A stretch of DNA of 63,827 nt, counting the filler, from Choristocarpus tenellus KU-1152 (taxonomy: Eukaryota; Protista; Phaeophyceae): NCBI GenBank assembly GCA_964200185.2. It is 11 parts of 11 records of this genome, joined end to end, with 100 filler letters (N's around TTAATTAATTAA, not from the genome) between each part and the next. Parts side by side here need not be neighbours in the genome. Positions count along the whole stretch, not along the records: positions 1 to 10,232 come from CAXNAD020003057.1; positions 10,333 to 15,379 come from CAXNAD020012051.1; 9 more parts are not named here. One strand, 5' to 3'. A model generated the notes under the pieces. That model did not search any database. It had not been told where the DNA came from and saw nothing but the letters and a program-made list of their open reading frames with translations. Shown here piece after piece: positions 1 to 11,400 of this stretch (position 1 is the first letter of the stretch; every line of letters begins with the position of its first letter). A program made the translations under genes and the position numbers.

Positions 1-192
1 CATATAGATTGTGTGCCGCTTTTTTAGGGCATACCCATAGGTGAACAAAATCGGGGTAGGTACTGTATTGTTGATAGTATCATTATTTTCCTTATTGTTA
101 TTGTTATTGTCATTATTATCACCATTAATTTCCTGGATCAATATGTCCCTGAAATTTTGAAGATGCTGTCGAGGAGGGAAATGAGAATACAC
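1..192 (-). CDS. Possible internal exon of an unknown protein (runs off window start)
   Basis: Minus-strand acceptor ...tgtcaaacag| at 193, then a stop-free frame to base 1: VYSHFPPRQHLQNFRDILIQEINGDNNDNNNNNKENNDTINNTVPTPILFTYGYALKKRHTIYM. No recognised homology. Confidence 0.3.
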   Translation of the reverse strand, partial: MYSHFPPRQHLQNFRDILIQEINGDNNDNNNNNKENNDTINNTVPTPILFTYGYALKKRHTIYM

Positions 193-291
193 CTGTTTGA
201 CAAAGACGGAACAAACACAGCAACAGCAGAGTGTGTAGTAAGTGATTACAAGAAAACTGACCTTCTGATGTACAAAAACGAGAGATAGTAG

Positions 292-552
292 GAGTCAAAG
301 TATCTTAGAGGGTAGAGCCATGTCCATTTGGAGACCAAAATCCAATGTTGCGATTTTTATGTAATTTTGACTATCATTTGTGTTAGGAAGTGTCAATATC
401 CTTGTTCCGGATACAACTTTTCATAACGTGTACACTTCGACTTCTCCGAAATGGTTTCAGAATAGGTAAACTGTGATAATAAAACACATGGGAGGCCAAG
501 CCCTAAACTGACAGACAGGGCAGAACTTGTACCCTCTAAGATAATTTCACTC
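292..552 (+). mobile_element. MITE family A (~260 bp)
   Basis: TIRs GAGTCAAAGTATCTTAGAGGGTA...TACCCTCTAAGATAATTTCACTC. Internal sequence is shared with copies at 9529, 47994, 48251, 53342 and 53850. Confidence 0.9.
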
Positions 553-1549
553 CCAAAATGCATAATGAGGAGATACACCTGACAGGACGACACATTGTTT
601 TTATTATTATGCTTCAAATTACTTGAAAAAACAGGAAGACTTTGCTTCCAGCATATCAATTGACATACGTAGTTGGTCATCTCGATTCTGGGCCATTTGC
701 TTATTGTTGTTACAGTAATTATTTTAGTAAATTAAAGGGATAAATACAGTACAAACGTCACTGCTACTGTGAAAAATGAGCAGTCTTGGTAACCTCCCTG
801 CTCTCTTCATCAATTTGTATGATAGCTAACAATCGACCTCAATGAAGAGTCAAACTGCATCATGTGGCCCTCCTTCCCCAACCCTTTCTCAGCAACCCAT
901 TATTATTTTCACACCCTAATCAATACAGCATCACTTTCTTCTCGTCACCACAGACCAATCTCCACCTGTTCCACGCAACACCCAGAGTCACCCCGAGAGA
1001 GCAGTTTTCTCCTCACCTTCTTCAACCTCTCAATGTCATACTGCCCCTCCACATCTACAACTCTGGAGTAAATAGGAGTACAACCTCTGATCTCAAAATA
1101 TTGTACCGTGTTAACATTAAAAAATCCTCATCTGAGGAATTAATCACAGACTCTCATTCAGTCAACTTGTAGTGAAGGCTAACATAGGTTGAAACAGAAA
1201 ATTGATAAAGAGCAGTTGTGTGGCCCAAAAATATACTATTCTAGCTTGCTCTATGTCTGAAGTAGAAGATGGGGGGGCAAAGAGACTGGGTTGATGTACT
1301 TCTGGGGGATTTCTGAAGGTAGTGGGATCAGGTGAAATGGATGATAGAAGCAACGAGACTATATGCACAAGAGAGTGATCTTCTCAAAATACACATGTTG
1401 CCACACCTTCCTAGGCCGCGGACAGGACAAGATCAGCTCAATGAGGCCACAAGACAATATCTTGACCTACCTGCCACAAACCCACACACATTGAGATACA
1501 ACAAAAAAATAAGTAAAGACAATGGATTCAGAAATGAACTCCCTTCCCT

Positions 1550-3277
1550 CTACCAACATCCTTTATACACTCTCCCTTCATTTGAGATCTTTTGATCTTC
1601 AAGCCACATTTGGTACTTCTTGTCAGTTAACTCCGTGACAGCAGAGGCGTGCTCCCTGAACCGTGGAATGATCCCAGCGTCCCAGAGAGCATTTACCCGT
1701 GGTTGCACCCTTTGCTCAAGGCTATAGCGGAGGATGGAAGGGTTCTCCATAACCCTGGCTCGAACCTCATCGTCATTTGACAACATATGCTTGAGAAAGA
1801 AGTCCAGCGTGGGGCCCAGGTTAGACTCATAGCTACAAGCAAAGAGAGGGGGGCAGCTGCAGACCACTGTAATGGCATCCTCACGTTTGATCTTGAGGCG
1901 TCGTTGGAGCCATTTTAACATGGGCTCCAGCCTTGTGTCCACCCCCAGGAAGAGCACAGAGGGGCAGCCATGAACCAAGGCAGTGATGCCCGACTCATCA
2001 AGCCCAAGCTTCTCACGCATGTACGTGAGCTTGGGTTCAAGGATGTCATCAATGCTGTAGGTGAATATTTGAGGGTAGCTGCGTAGCACCTGTGATGAGG
2101 TATGGGCACCCAGGCCAACCCTCTCTTGCATCCATTTCTCCACAGGCTTCAACTTGCTTTCCATGTCGATGCATAAAAGGGGAGGGCATCGTTTGATGGC
2201 AGTGATTATGCCGACAGAATCGATATCCAGTGTAATTCTGAGCCAGTCTACCTTGGGTATAAGGCTTGCCTCCAAGGCCTCTCCTAAGATTTTAGGCATT
2301 GTTCTTACCACGGCAGCCACGGTCTTTGGCTCCAGCCCAACTTCCTCCGTCAGCCACAGACGCTTGGGCTCCAGGTCGTCTTCGATACTGCAAGCGAAGA
2401 TCCGAGGCATTTCCCGAATCACCGCCCTGGCACCGTGAAGCTTCAGGCCCAACGTGGCTGTCAACCACTTTAGCTTGGGCTTGTAGTGTTCCTTGATGGT
2501 ACACGACAAGACCGAAGGGAATGACAGCATCATCTTGAGCACGTCTTGACGAGTCAATCCCAAGGTACGGCACAACCAAATCAAATTTTCTTCCAGATCA
2601 TTGGTGACACTATGCTCAATCAGCTGCAGGAGGCTCTTCACATCTCGGCCTGCTGTTGCCACGTTCAACTTCAGGATCTTCTCCAGCAAGGCCACCTTGG
2701 GCTCAAGAATGTCCTTTGGACTTTTGGACAAGATTGCGGGGCTCGCATAGACTGCCTTGACAACCTCCTCATCACTCAGCTGAAGGCGTTGACGCAACCA
2801 ATCGACGACCGAGGCCGCCTTGGTCTCGCTCAAAAATGCAATGCCAGGGACCTCAAGGACTGCTCGATTAACGTCTGCGGGAGTCATTCCCAGTACTTCT
2901 ACCATGAACCGCGGCGCTGTCTTCTTACCCATAGCCTCCAAACTCTTTGACGACAGGGGCTTGATTTCGTCACCGGTTATGCAGAGGGAGTCCTGGAGCA
3001 ACAACTCTCCCTGATCCCTGGTGGAGTCGATCTCTTGTGAGAGAACAAGCGAGGGTCGAAAACGCCGCTGTCTAATCATAGATGTATTCAAAACGGAACC
3101 ACGTGCAGGGTTGGAATCTCTCCTCTTGGTGATGGGTAGTGTCCTTCCTTTCGACGGTAAGAACATCCGAGGTGGCCCAGGTGGATGGGGTAGGAGAGGC
3201 ACTCTAGGTTGCCCTGTTGAAGTCAACATAGACACATATGCCGGTGTCATACCCATGTAGGTTCCCCAAGAACCCAT
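1550..3277 (-). CDS. mTERF-family protein (organellar transcription termination factor-like), 575 aa uninterrupted ORF
   Basis: About 10 tandem ~36-aa repeats of the type PxI(L/F)xxSxExxLxPKxxWLxxxLGL, the C-terminal mTERF motif YSLEQRVQPR, and an R/S/P-rich, acid-poor N-terminus resembling a transit peptide. The true start may lie in an unseen upstream exon. Confidence 0.9.
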   Translation of the reverse strand: MGSWGTYMGMTPAYVSMLTSTGQPRVPLLPHPPGPPRMFLPSKGRTLPITKRRDSNPARGSVLNTSMIRQRRFRPSLVLSQEIDSTRDQGELLLQDSLCITGDEIKPLSSKSLEAMGKKTAPRFMVEVLGMTPADVNRAVLEVPGIAFLSETKAASVVDWLRQRLQLSDEEVVKAVYASPAILSKSPKDILEPKVALLEKILKLNVATAGRDVKSLLQLIEHSVTNDLEENLIWLCRTLGLTRQDVLKMMLSFPSVLSCTIKEHYKPKLKWLTATLGLKLHGARAVIREMPRIFACSIEDDLEPKRLWLTEEVGLEPKTVAAVVRTMPKILGEALEASLIPKVDWLRITLDIDSVGIITAIKRCPPLLCIDMESKLKPVEKWMQERVGLGAHTSSQVLRSYPQIFTYSIDDILEPKLTYMREKLGLDESGITALVHGCPSVLFLGVDTRLEPMLKWLQRRLKIKREDAITVVCSCPPLFACSYESNLGPTLDFFLKHMLSNDDEVRARVMENPSILRYSLEQRVQPRVNALWDAGIIPRFREHASAVTELTDKKYQMWLEDQKISNEGRVYKGCW

Positions 3278-3519
3278 AGCACACCCCTACCCTCTCCTAA
3301 AGAGAGTTTGGGTGGGTTGAACCGCTGTTTCGGTCCTCTACGGGGAGTTGCACCCCTCCATGTCCCTATTCTGATGGTGAGGTCAGACCTGATCGTGGGT
3401 TCAAAACAGCCAAAATCACTGATGTATTAGTAGGGTAATATGCCTTCAGAAGACTATAAAACTCTCGCCATATTTTTATCAACTACTCCAACTGCATTGA
3501 ATACAACCTCCTCAGCACA

Positions 3520-6500
3520 ATGACACCTCAACGTGTGCTTGGTACCCCTGATTGGCCAGGGGTTCTGGTTGATGCCATATTGGACAAGTCGTTGCTTGCA
3601 AGAGCAGAGCTGAGGCGAGTGTTCGGCCCAAATTACCTTCGCGATGGTGAGGATGCAGAGAGGCAAATCTTCCTTCATCACGCCAACACTTCCACGTCCC
3701 AACCTGAGAAGTCCCCACCCCACCCCCAAACCCATACTATTTCACTTTTGAGGAAGCTATTTGCACCAATCTTGGACTTCTTGCGCATCCCGACGGGCAG
3801 TGCGTTCGTCTCCTACCCCTTCCAGCCGAAGTTGTTGGTGGACTAGAATGTTGGGCATTCACCATGATCGAGACGACGATAGAGTTGAAACCCAAGACTA
3901 CACCCAGCAGTAACGACAAGAAAAAGCTTCCCGATACTGTGTTGGATTTGGCATGGGCTCCAGGGGAAGGACGAGACAAGGTTGGATCAACCTTTTCCCA
4001 CCTCGCTGTAGCTTGGTTCTCGGAAGTCAGACTATGGCGAGTTTCGAGATCTGAGGGCGGCATTCACGCGGTGGAGGTGAACACCAACTGGGACTGGGTG
4101 AAGAGAACAAAGAGTGACAGCCAAGATGAGGATGGCAGTAGCAGGCGCAGGGAAGAATCCATTCCGCGATCTCTGGTTTTTCAACCATCTGACGAAGGGG
4201 TAGGGGTGGTACCACTCGCAGTTTGGTACAATTCTGAGGTGCAGCTTCTAGGGTGAGATACCTAGTTCTTGCATAAGAATTAATCCTTGTTTATCATGAG
4301 TGCTCCAACTTGGTCGAACGGTTGTCCTCCCCGTTTGTACAACCTTTCACTATCTGTGTATGTATTTTGGCACGGGACACGACCCGCCTTGGCTTACCCA
4401 CCCTCATATACTTCCCTTAGAAATGTGTGCGTTTGCGAATATTTAAGGGGAGATGATGTTTTGCATACTTGGGCTGGTGTTTGACATGGACCCCAATGTT
4501 CAATATTGCACCTAAGGACAATCATTATGTCCATATCACCATACATTGTGCTACCCTGAAAGATTAACGAATCAATTCTGTAGTGCTGTAAATGGAAGTG
4601 TTTTTAATGGGCATTGGTCGTGTTTGCTTGAGAAAATCCAATGGATTTGATCTGAATCAAAACTGTTCGCAGCACACAAATTGCATCATGTATATAGACT
4701 AGGAAGTGACTAATCAAATCTAGTCCTTTGATCTTTGATGGTGTTTACCTTCTACTTATACAACTGTAAGGATTCAGTTGCTGCAAATCACAGCATCACA
4801 TTTTTGACATGCGTTGCATCAAAAATTGATAGAATGAAAATGGAGTAAGAGAAAATATTAGAGTGCTACAGACTACTATTAATCTTTGTCATCCTACTGC
4901 ACCACAGATGCATGCAATAATATGACAAACAAACAGCAAGTGGGGCAACCTGCCCCCCAGAATCACTGTGAATCCTCCTGACTATTACAACTAACAAGAC
5001 AAGGAACAGTGGGAATCAGTCCATACTATTGACAAAGTTCTCCCAAACTCCACACCCTTCATTTCCCTTTTCTGAATGCATCCCTATCCTAATTCCTGTC
5101 CATGGAGGCCTGGGCGCCGATCTGTGAGGCTCCCCTCCCCAGTGCCAAGGCAGCGTTCGTGTGGAGCTTGGGGTGGGTGCCATGGGGAACTGCTAGCTAT
5201 CAGCAGTGGGGGTGAGGTTCGTGTGTACAGTCCTCTTATACAACCAACTGATACAAGAGTGGAATCTCTGAATGGCAGTGTGATGGAGGGTGCGGAGCCC
5301 TCCACTCCCTCATTAGAAGAAGCAGGGTGGCGAGGATTAGCAGAAAATACAGTAATTAGGGCTAAGGTAGCAGGAGAAATGGGTAATGGGACTTTGGGAG
5401 GCGAAACAGGGTCGATGTTTCGTACAGTCCTCTGTGTGGATGGTCTAGTTGGTGCAAATAGCAATGGCATTGTCCGTTCCCTTCCATCTCAAGAGCCTGC
5501 ACCAGAGCCAATGCTCTCTAGGTCGTCCCTCCCCAACCCCCAGGCACGCATTGGCAATGTGCGGGCCATGTGTGCCGCTGGACCTAGAGGGTTTTTTGCA
5601 ACTACAAGTGGGGGCTTGGCATTGGAGGTGTTAGAAAAGGGTCGCAGATCAGGGATGGATTTGCATATCTCGGGTGGTGAATCTTCCTTGCTGCCCCGGA
5701 CAAGGTGTGGGAAGGGGGAGGGTATGGGGGGAAGTAATGGTGGGGACCTCGAAGAGAGGTTTCTGGGAGATTTCATTGGTGAAAGTGAGATGAGTGGACG
5801 ATTGGACATGGTCAATATGGCCCTAGAGTCTGCTTTGGGTGGAGGGCAGGGAAGGGACGATGGTTATTCTATGGGGGTTACGCCTATGGTCAGTGCAAAC
5901 CTGTGCGATAATGGCCGTGAATTGTCACTTGAGGGGGAAAGAATAGAGACTGTGAAATTTGAAGGTGCTCAAGGCGTGTGGAGCAGGAGAGGAGAAGCAA
6001 GAGTACCAAGAGTGGAAGTGTCCCAAGGCTACTGCACTTCCCAGAAGGCTCAATGTCATCGATTCTCGCTATCACCTTCCAAGGGGAGTAACAAAGCATT
6101 GGCATCAGCAAAGCCACCACCCACCCTCCCATCTCCATCCGCAGGTGAAATCTCGGAGGTGCTGGACCTGAGGGGGAAGATAGGACTTGGTACAGAATGT
6201 ACTGGAGGGGTGGGAAGTTCAGTAGGAGTAAATCCTCTCCTCATTTTACCCCTTGGGGGGAACTTAGTATCAGAGCAGTTGACTGGGCACGTTCCAAGTA
6301 GCAACCCTCTCACCACTCAGGTAAGAGATACTGATAGAGTGCCAGTGGAGGGCACAGGACCAAGAGATTGCTGCCCAAGGCTTCTCCACATACAATGGGA
6401 GAAATGTTTATGGAGTAGAGGTCCTGCTGCAGAAGGGCAAGAGGCAAAGGGTGGAATTCGAGTAGATGTGTCAATCCCCCTCCCCCACGCCCTTTCTTCT

Positions 6501-7421
6501 CCTGACATGTTGGCAGCATCAAAAAATGGGGACTTGGTTGCTGTGGGAAGCAGCGCCTCTAACCTGGTTGCGTGCTATCATCGCCATCACATTGTCTCCC
6601 GTGGCAACGCAGACACCCAAAGGGTTGAGGGTGCCGGAAAAATCCGGGATGGAAGAAGGGAAGACTGTCTGCCACAGGCTATTAGCGAGTCAAGCACCAA
6701 GGATGCGACAGTCAGGCCTCTCTGCACATTGCGGTTGCCCCCAGAACATCGTGCCCGTGGGCTGGTATTTGTCTCTTCTAGTGCTACTGGAGCTCCGGTC
6801 CCCACGACTTCCAACATTGATTCTTCATTACCCCCTACACAAGAGATTGTGCTTGTCCTAGCTGCAGCAGCAGTCCGTGGCAAGCTGGCAAAACCAGATC
6901 CGGCAACATTGGGCTCAGGGGCAGGGAGGGGAGTTGTTCTTTGCTCCACGAGACTTCTCAAGTATCATCTGCCCCCACCTCCAGCGTGTTCTGAGGTTGA
7001 TGATTCGAATCACGCTCAAGTTCTGGATCCGGAACAGACACAGGTTTTGGTTCCCGAAGGGGAAAGGAAAGTGGTTGGCATCCGAGGTGGGGAGAAACAA
7101 GAACTCGATGTTCGCATGACTAATTCATTGCCGGGTTTAAGAGAGCATGTGGACTTGGCTGCCCTGTTGGTGGATCGGGATCGCCACTCTAGCAGTGGCA
7201 TCTTAGATGGTGTTGGTGACAGTGGAAAGAGTAACATTGTTGGAGGAGCAGGACATGATCGTTTGGGGGTGGAAGCAGTGTTGCTTGCCATCACGGGACT
7301 TGAAGAGCGACTAGGCTCACGGCTAGACAAGCTGGAGGACATGGTTCTGGAAAATGGTAAGCGATTGACCAAACTTGAGGGGCTATCAGCAATGGGTTCA
7401 CACTCTAAAATGGGAACATGA
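3520..7421 (+). CDS. WD-repeat and coiled-coil protein, WDCP/C2orf44-like; exons 3520-3646, 3757-4252, 5108-7421
   Basis: Phase-compatible introns 3647-3756 (GT..AAG) and 4253-5107 (GT..GAG). Spliced motifs LARAELRRVFGPNYLRDAICTNLGLLAHPDGQCV, VLDLAWAP..HLAVAWFSEVRLW, SPDMLAASKNGDLVAVGSSASNLVACY and LRLPPEHRARGLVF occur in the same order as human WDCP motifs as I recall them. C-terminal coiled coil LEERLGSRLDKLEDMV. Confidence 0.7.
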
Positions 7422-8749
7422 TAGTTCAATCCACCAATTTGTTGCAGTTTGACTCTGGCATATTACCTGAGGATTGAACTGGTGTCTTGGAAGTAGGGCA
7501 GACTTTGTCAGCCCATTTGAATAGCAGCGCCTTCATCACACCTTGTATTTTGCGGGCTATCCGTTTTTGACTCTCTCCGAAGGGAACACAAGGGGGTGTC
7601 TAGGTGCTGGTCGAAATAAAACTAAAGGGTGTAGTTAGTGAAAGTGCTGAGGTAGAGAGGGAGACAAGTCCAATATCAACAGTTAAATGGGTTTTTTGCC
7701 ACACTGGGCAGTGGTTTGTACTACATTACATCACACAGCATCCCTGGTAGAAGGTTAGCCTCTTTCTGATGGATAGTACTAGTAGTGCATTGACCTATGT
7801 AATCAATAGGTTACGCTGGGACTTTCAACTGCTATCGTACTTCTACATATGGCATATAGTGTGTTACATAGATATGTTTGCTAACCTTAACTAGAAGTGC
7901 TCTTCCTGCCCCATGATGATGCTTGCACAAGTGCCGTTATCACCCCTGGCACAAAAAGCTCGTACTAAGACTGTTTTCGATCTTTGGTGAGAGCATCACA
8001 GTGCTAATACACGTGGATACAGTGGACACTGCTCATAGTTTCATCATGTTTTCGATGTACTGCTACTGACAAATAGGAGTGAATTGAGCAGTAGAATTTA
8101 ATGTGAATACTTGGTTGACACCTCTCTGCTACTACACAGCAAACAGCCAAAATCCGACAGTCTGTACCACTGGTAGCCCCAATGTTCCTTGTTACTACTA
8201 CCATAGGATTCACAACTCATTGAGTACACAGTCATGACAGCCCACTATCTCAAACTTCGCACTCCTCCCAATCTATATGAGAACTAAGCCTCGTCCTCAG
8301 AGTTTATCACGTGGGTCGTTCCTGGGCGAGAACAGAACTTACAAAAGTTACGTCACATTTAATTCCAAAAAGGAGGAAGGATATAGTATGGGCGTGAAAA
8401 AAAGTGATATTAAATAATAATATAGACACATGAGCTAGAAGTGGGTCTAAGAGGTCACTTTTCCTGTTCTGGTCTTATTTTAATTTGTTTTCTATTTATC
8501 ATCGTTTTGCTCTGAGGGATTCCAACCTGTGGTCGGAAAAGGTGTTCAAAGGAGGCAACACTACTCTACAAATGGTAACAAGGAGGATAAACAAAAAGCG
8601 AAGTAGGGGAAGAAATTGGAAAAAGAAAAAAAAAAAAAAAAAAGGAGGAATAGACACGAGACGACACATGAGAAAAAAAAAAGCGCCATCACTCCCCCCC
8701 CCCCCATAAAAAGCAAGAGAGGAAGAGAAGAAAGAAAATATTCTATATT

Positions 8750-9455
8750 TGACACTGTAGCGAAGGTGGTTGAGTGAGGCTACAATCTTCTTCTCCAGCT
8801 TCTATCCCAGTCAAGTTCAAATTGCTTTTTGCAAATAGCAATCTAAAGCATAAATACGCACAGGTTGTGAGCCTAATGAGTACGTAGACCGATCTGAGGA
8901 AGTCACCACTATGGATGGGTGCAAAGGGATGGTCAATGGAGACCTGGTCGAGTTGGAGACTGGGAGTCATAGGCCGTGCTGTAGGAAAGGACACAACAAT
9001 GAGGGCAATCCAAACGATAAGGAAGGATGGTTGGAATTAGATTGGACACACTGAGGATGGGACTCGCAAGCAACTACCTGCCATTCAGAGCAAGGTAGGG
9101 AGGATGAGTTATTGACCATGCATGGCACCGTGAAGAACGAAACACGGGCCATTAAGGGTGGGGACGTTTGGAAACACCCTCGAGCAAGATCACCGTGCAG
9201 GGTGCCCAAGTGAGATGGCGCTTGTCCGAAGATTCTCCACGGCCCCCAGACGAGATGACATCAATGGGGGGGAGACAGGAGGAACAAGGATCCAACGTGA
9301 GATCCTTCTCTACGTTTAAGTTGACAGCAGACAAAGACATCCAGGACGAGAGTGTGATGCCCAGCTCCTTTTGCGATAGAAAAATTGTTATCCTTTGTGA
9401 CTCAGGAGTCAACGTACGCCTCACAGTTCACAGAGAAGACTCGGTCAGTACTTGA
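8750..9455 (+). mobile_element. Degraded LTR-retrotransposon (Ty1/Copia-like gag-protease) fragment
   Basis: ILCDSGVNVRLT resembles the Copia protease motif (W)ILDSGAxxH(M)T. Frames are broken and the boundaries are approximate. Confidence 0.35.
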
Positions 9456-9528
9456 GCTATCAGGAATAGAAATGTATAGATTGACGTTGGGAAATAGGTT
9501 TTGTTGCCTTATGTTCTCAAGGACTTCC

Positions 9529-9788
9529 GAGCCAAAGTATCTTAGAGGGTAGAGGCGTGTCCATTTGGGAGGCAAAATCCAATGTTGCGATTTTGATGTA
9601 ATTTTTGACCTTCGTGTTTGTTAGGAAGTGTCAATATCCATGTTCCGGACGCACTTTTTCACAACGTAAACATTTTACCTATTCCGAAATATTTTGGAGT
9701 AGGGAAACGTTATTAAAAAACCCATGGGAAGACAAGCCCCAAATGGACAAACAGGGCAAAACTCGTACCCTCTAAGATACTTTCACTC
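9529..9788 (+). mobile_element. MITE family A copy
   Basis: GAGCCAAAGTATCTTAGAGGGTA...TACCCTCTAAGATACTTTCACTC, flanked by TTCC on both sides. Confidence 0.9.
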
Positions 9789-10232
9789 TTCCCACAGATT
9801 TTTTTATATGTTGAGGGGGTTCTTAGACCTCTACAAAAGAATTATCAAGGCCCCAAAGGGTTCCGGGATCAGGGCCAGCAGAAGATACACCAAATAAATT
9901 ACACAACTTGGCTCTGACACTACTGCAGCTTCCCATTTACATGTGCAAGATTTGCGTGGAGTGCAACTATATGAGGTGCACAGGTATTGAAGGTGGAAAG
10001 GCAAAGCCCAAGGCTGACCAGTGAAGGTAAATACACAGACCTGGTGGGGCATTTCGATGCGCACATCAGGGGATGTGCACCGGGGACAAACGAGTTTTTT
10101 ACCTCTAAGAACGCAAGATGCAGCAACGGAGGCATAGGTGCTTACATTGACAAGATGGCTCAGGGAAGCGTAACAATGGAACACATCAGGGTCAAAGTAT
10201 CTGAGGGGGGGGTGTCGGCGTCCGTTTTTCAC

Positions 10233-10332
10233 NNNNNNNNNNNNNNNNNNNNNNNNNNNNNNNNNNNNNNNNNNNNTTAATTAATTAANNNNNNNNNNNN
10301 NNNNNNNNNNNNNNNNNNNNNNNNNNNNNNNN
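10233..10332. other. Artificial contig-joining spacer (44N-TTAATTAATTAA-44N); identical spacers at 15380, 20401, 26813, 34206, 37078, 44250, 49797, 53488, 59603
   Basis: Ten identical 100-bp blocks. TTAATTAATTAA is a palindrome giving stops in all six frames. Confidence 0.98.
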
Positions 10333-11400
10333 CTCTACAAAAAGTACCGTAATATTTGAACAAAAATATATCCGGACCCTTCAAAAGTGCCGAAACAGTT
10401 AATAGTAGTTTGGTTCTTGGGATTATCCTCCCCTACTACTAACAATATCACCTTGTCCATTTTTCACGCTGCCATCATCATTGCCATCACCATGCAGCTC
10501 TTTCTTCTGTTCCTGTGACATTCGTTGAACCACCCCAATACCATCATTACTCGATGACAATACCTTCTATTACCCCCCTACAATCATTTGCTGCAACTTC
10601 TACTACAACATATTACCATCACATCATCAGAACATATGCATCTGTATCTGTTCATTACATTTGCATCGTGCACTCCATATTTGTTACTCTGGGTTACTCT
10701 CCAGGAACTATCATAATATAAATGTAATACTTCGAATCACACACAAAAATAACTGAATTAAAGGGTGCATAGAAAAAATTATTAACCACTTTGCTGGCTG
10801 CATAAATGTCTATCGGCAGTACTTCCTACAAAATATTGATACATCAAATGAGTAACAGAAAAATTGATGTTGTACCCACACCATTCCCTCATCTCTCTGT
10901 TGCACCTCTTCCCCACAACTGTTCCTACCTGCCAGTAACTTAGTCAGGATCCAGTTAACCTAAAGATATATATATATATATATATATATGGGGATCCCCA
11001 CGTTGATACAATATGCTGATTGTGCTGGAATGACACTCTAAACGCCGAGGAATTGCAAGAATGGCTGTACTGGAGGTTCGTATTCGATCACATGTAACAT
11101 TTCTAGGGGATGATGGCTTTCCTTGTAAACACCGAACTCAACAGATCCCAGCATCAGAACGGCAGCAGGTACTCCAAGGCTCTGTATCAAGTTGGAAGCT
11201 GCATGCAGATAGCACACCATACTCGAAGTGTGTCCCATATGCCCTCAAGACCCTCTTCAATTACCCACTAGACACAATAAACACGAACCACGACTCCCAG
11301 AGTGTTAATTAATGTGATGTACCCTTCCACTTCAACATTCTAATTACGGAGACAACAAACAAAACCATCCCAAACCCATCCACTACCTAAAATAATCCAA

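Noticed and set aside
5084-7429. Multiple antisense ORFs over the WDCP-like exon (likewise over mTERF, C2CD3 and the SAS-4-like gene)
   Set aside because: Shadow ORFs of GC-richer coding exons with no independent evidence.
10277-10288. Repeated TTAATTAATTAA palindrome as a biological motif (e.g. elimination or recombination site)
   Set aside because: It is always centred in exactly 44+44 Ns, so it is a synthetic six-frame-stop linker.
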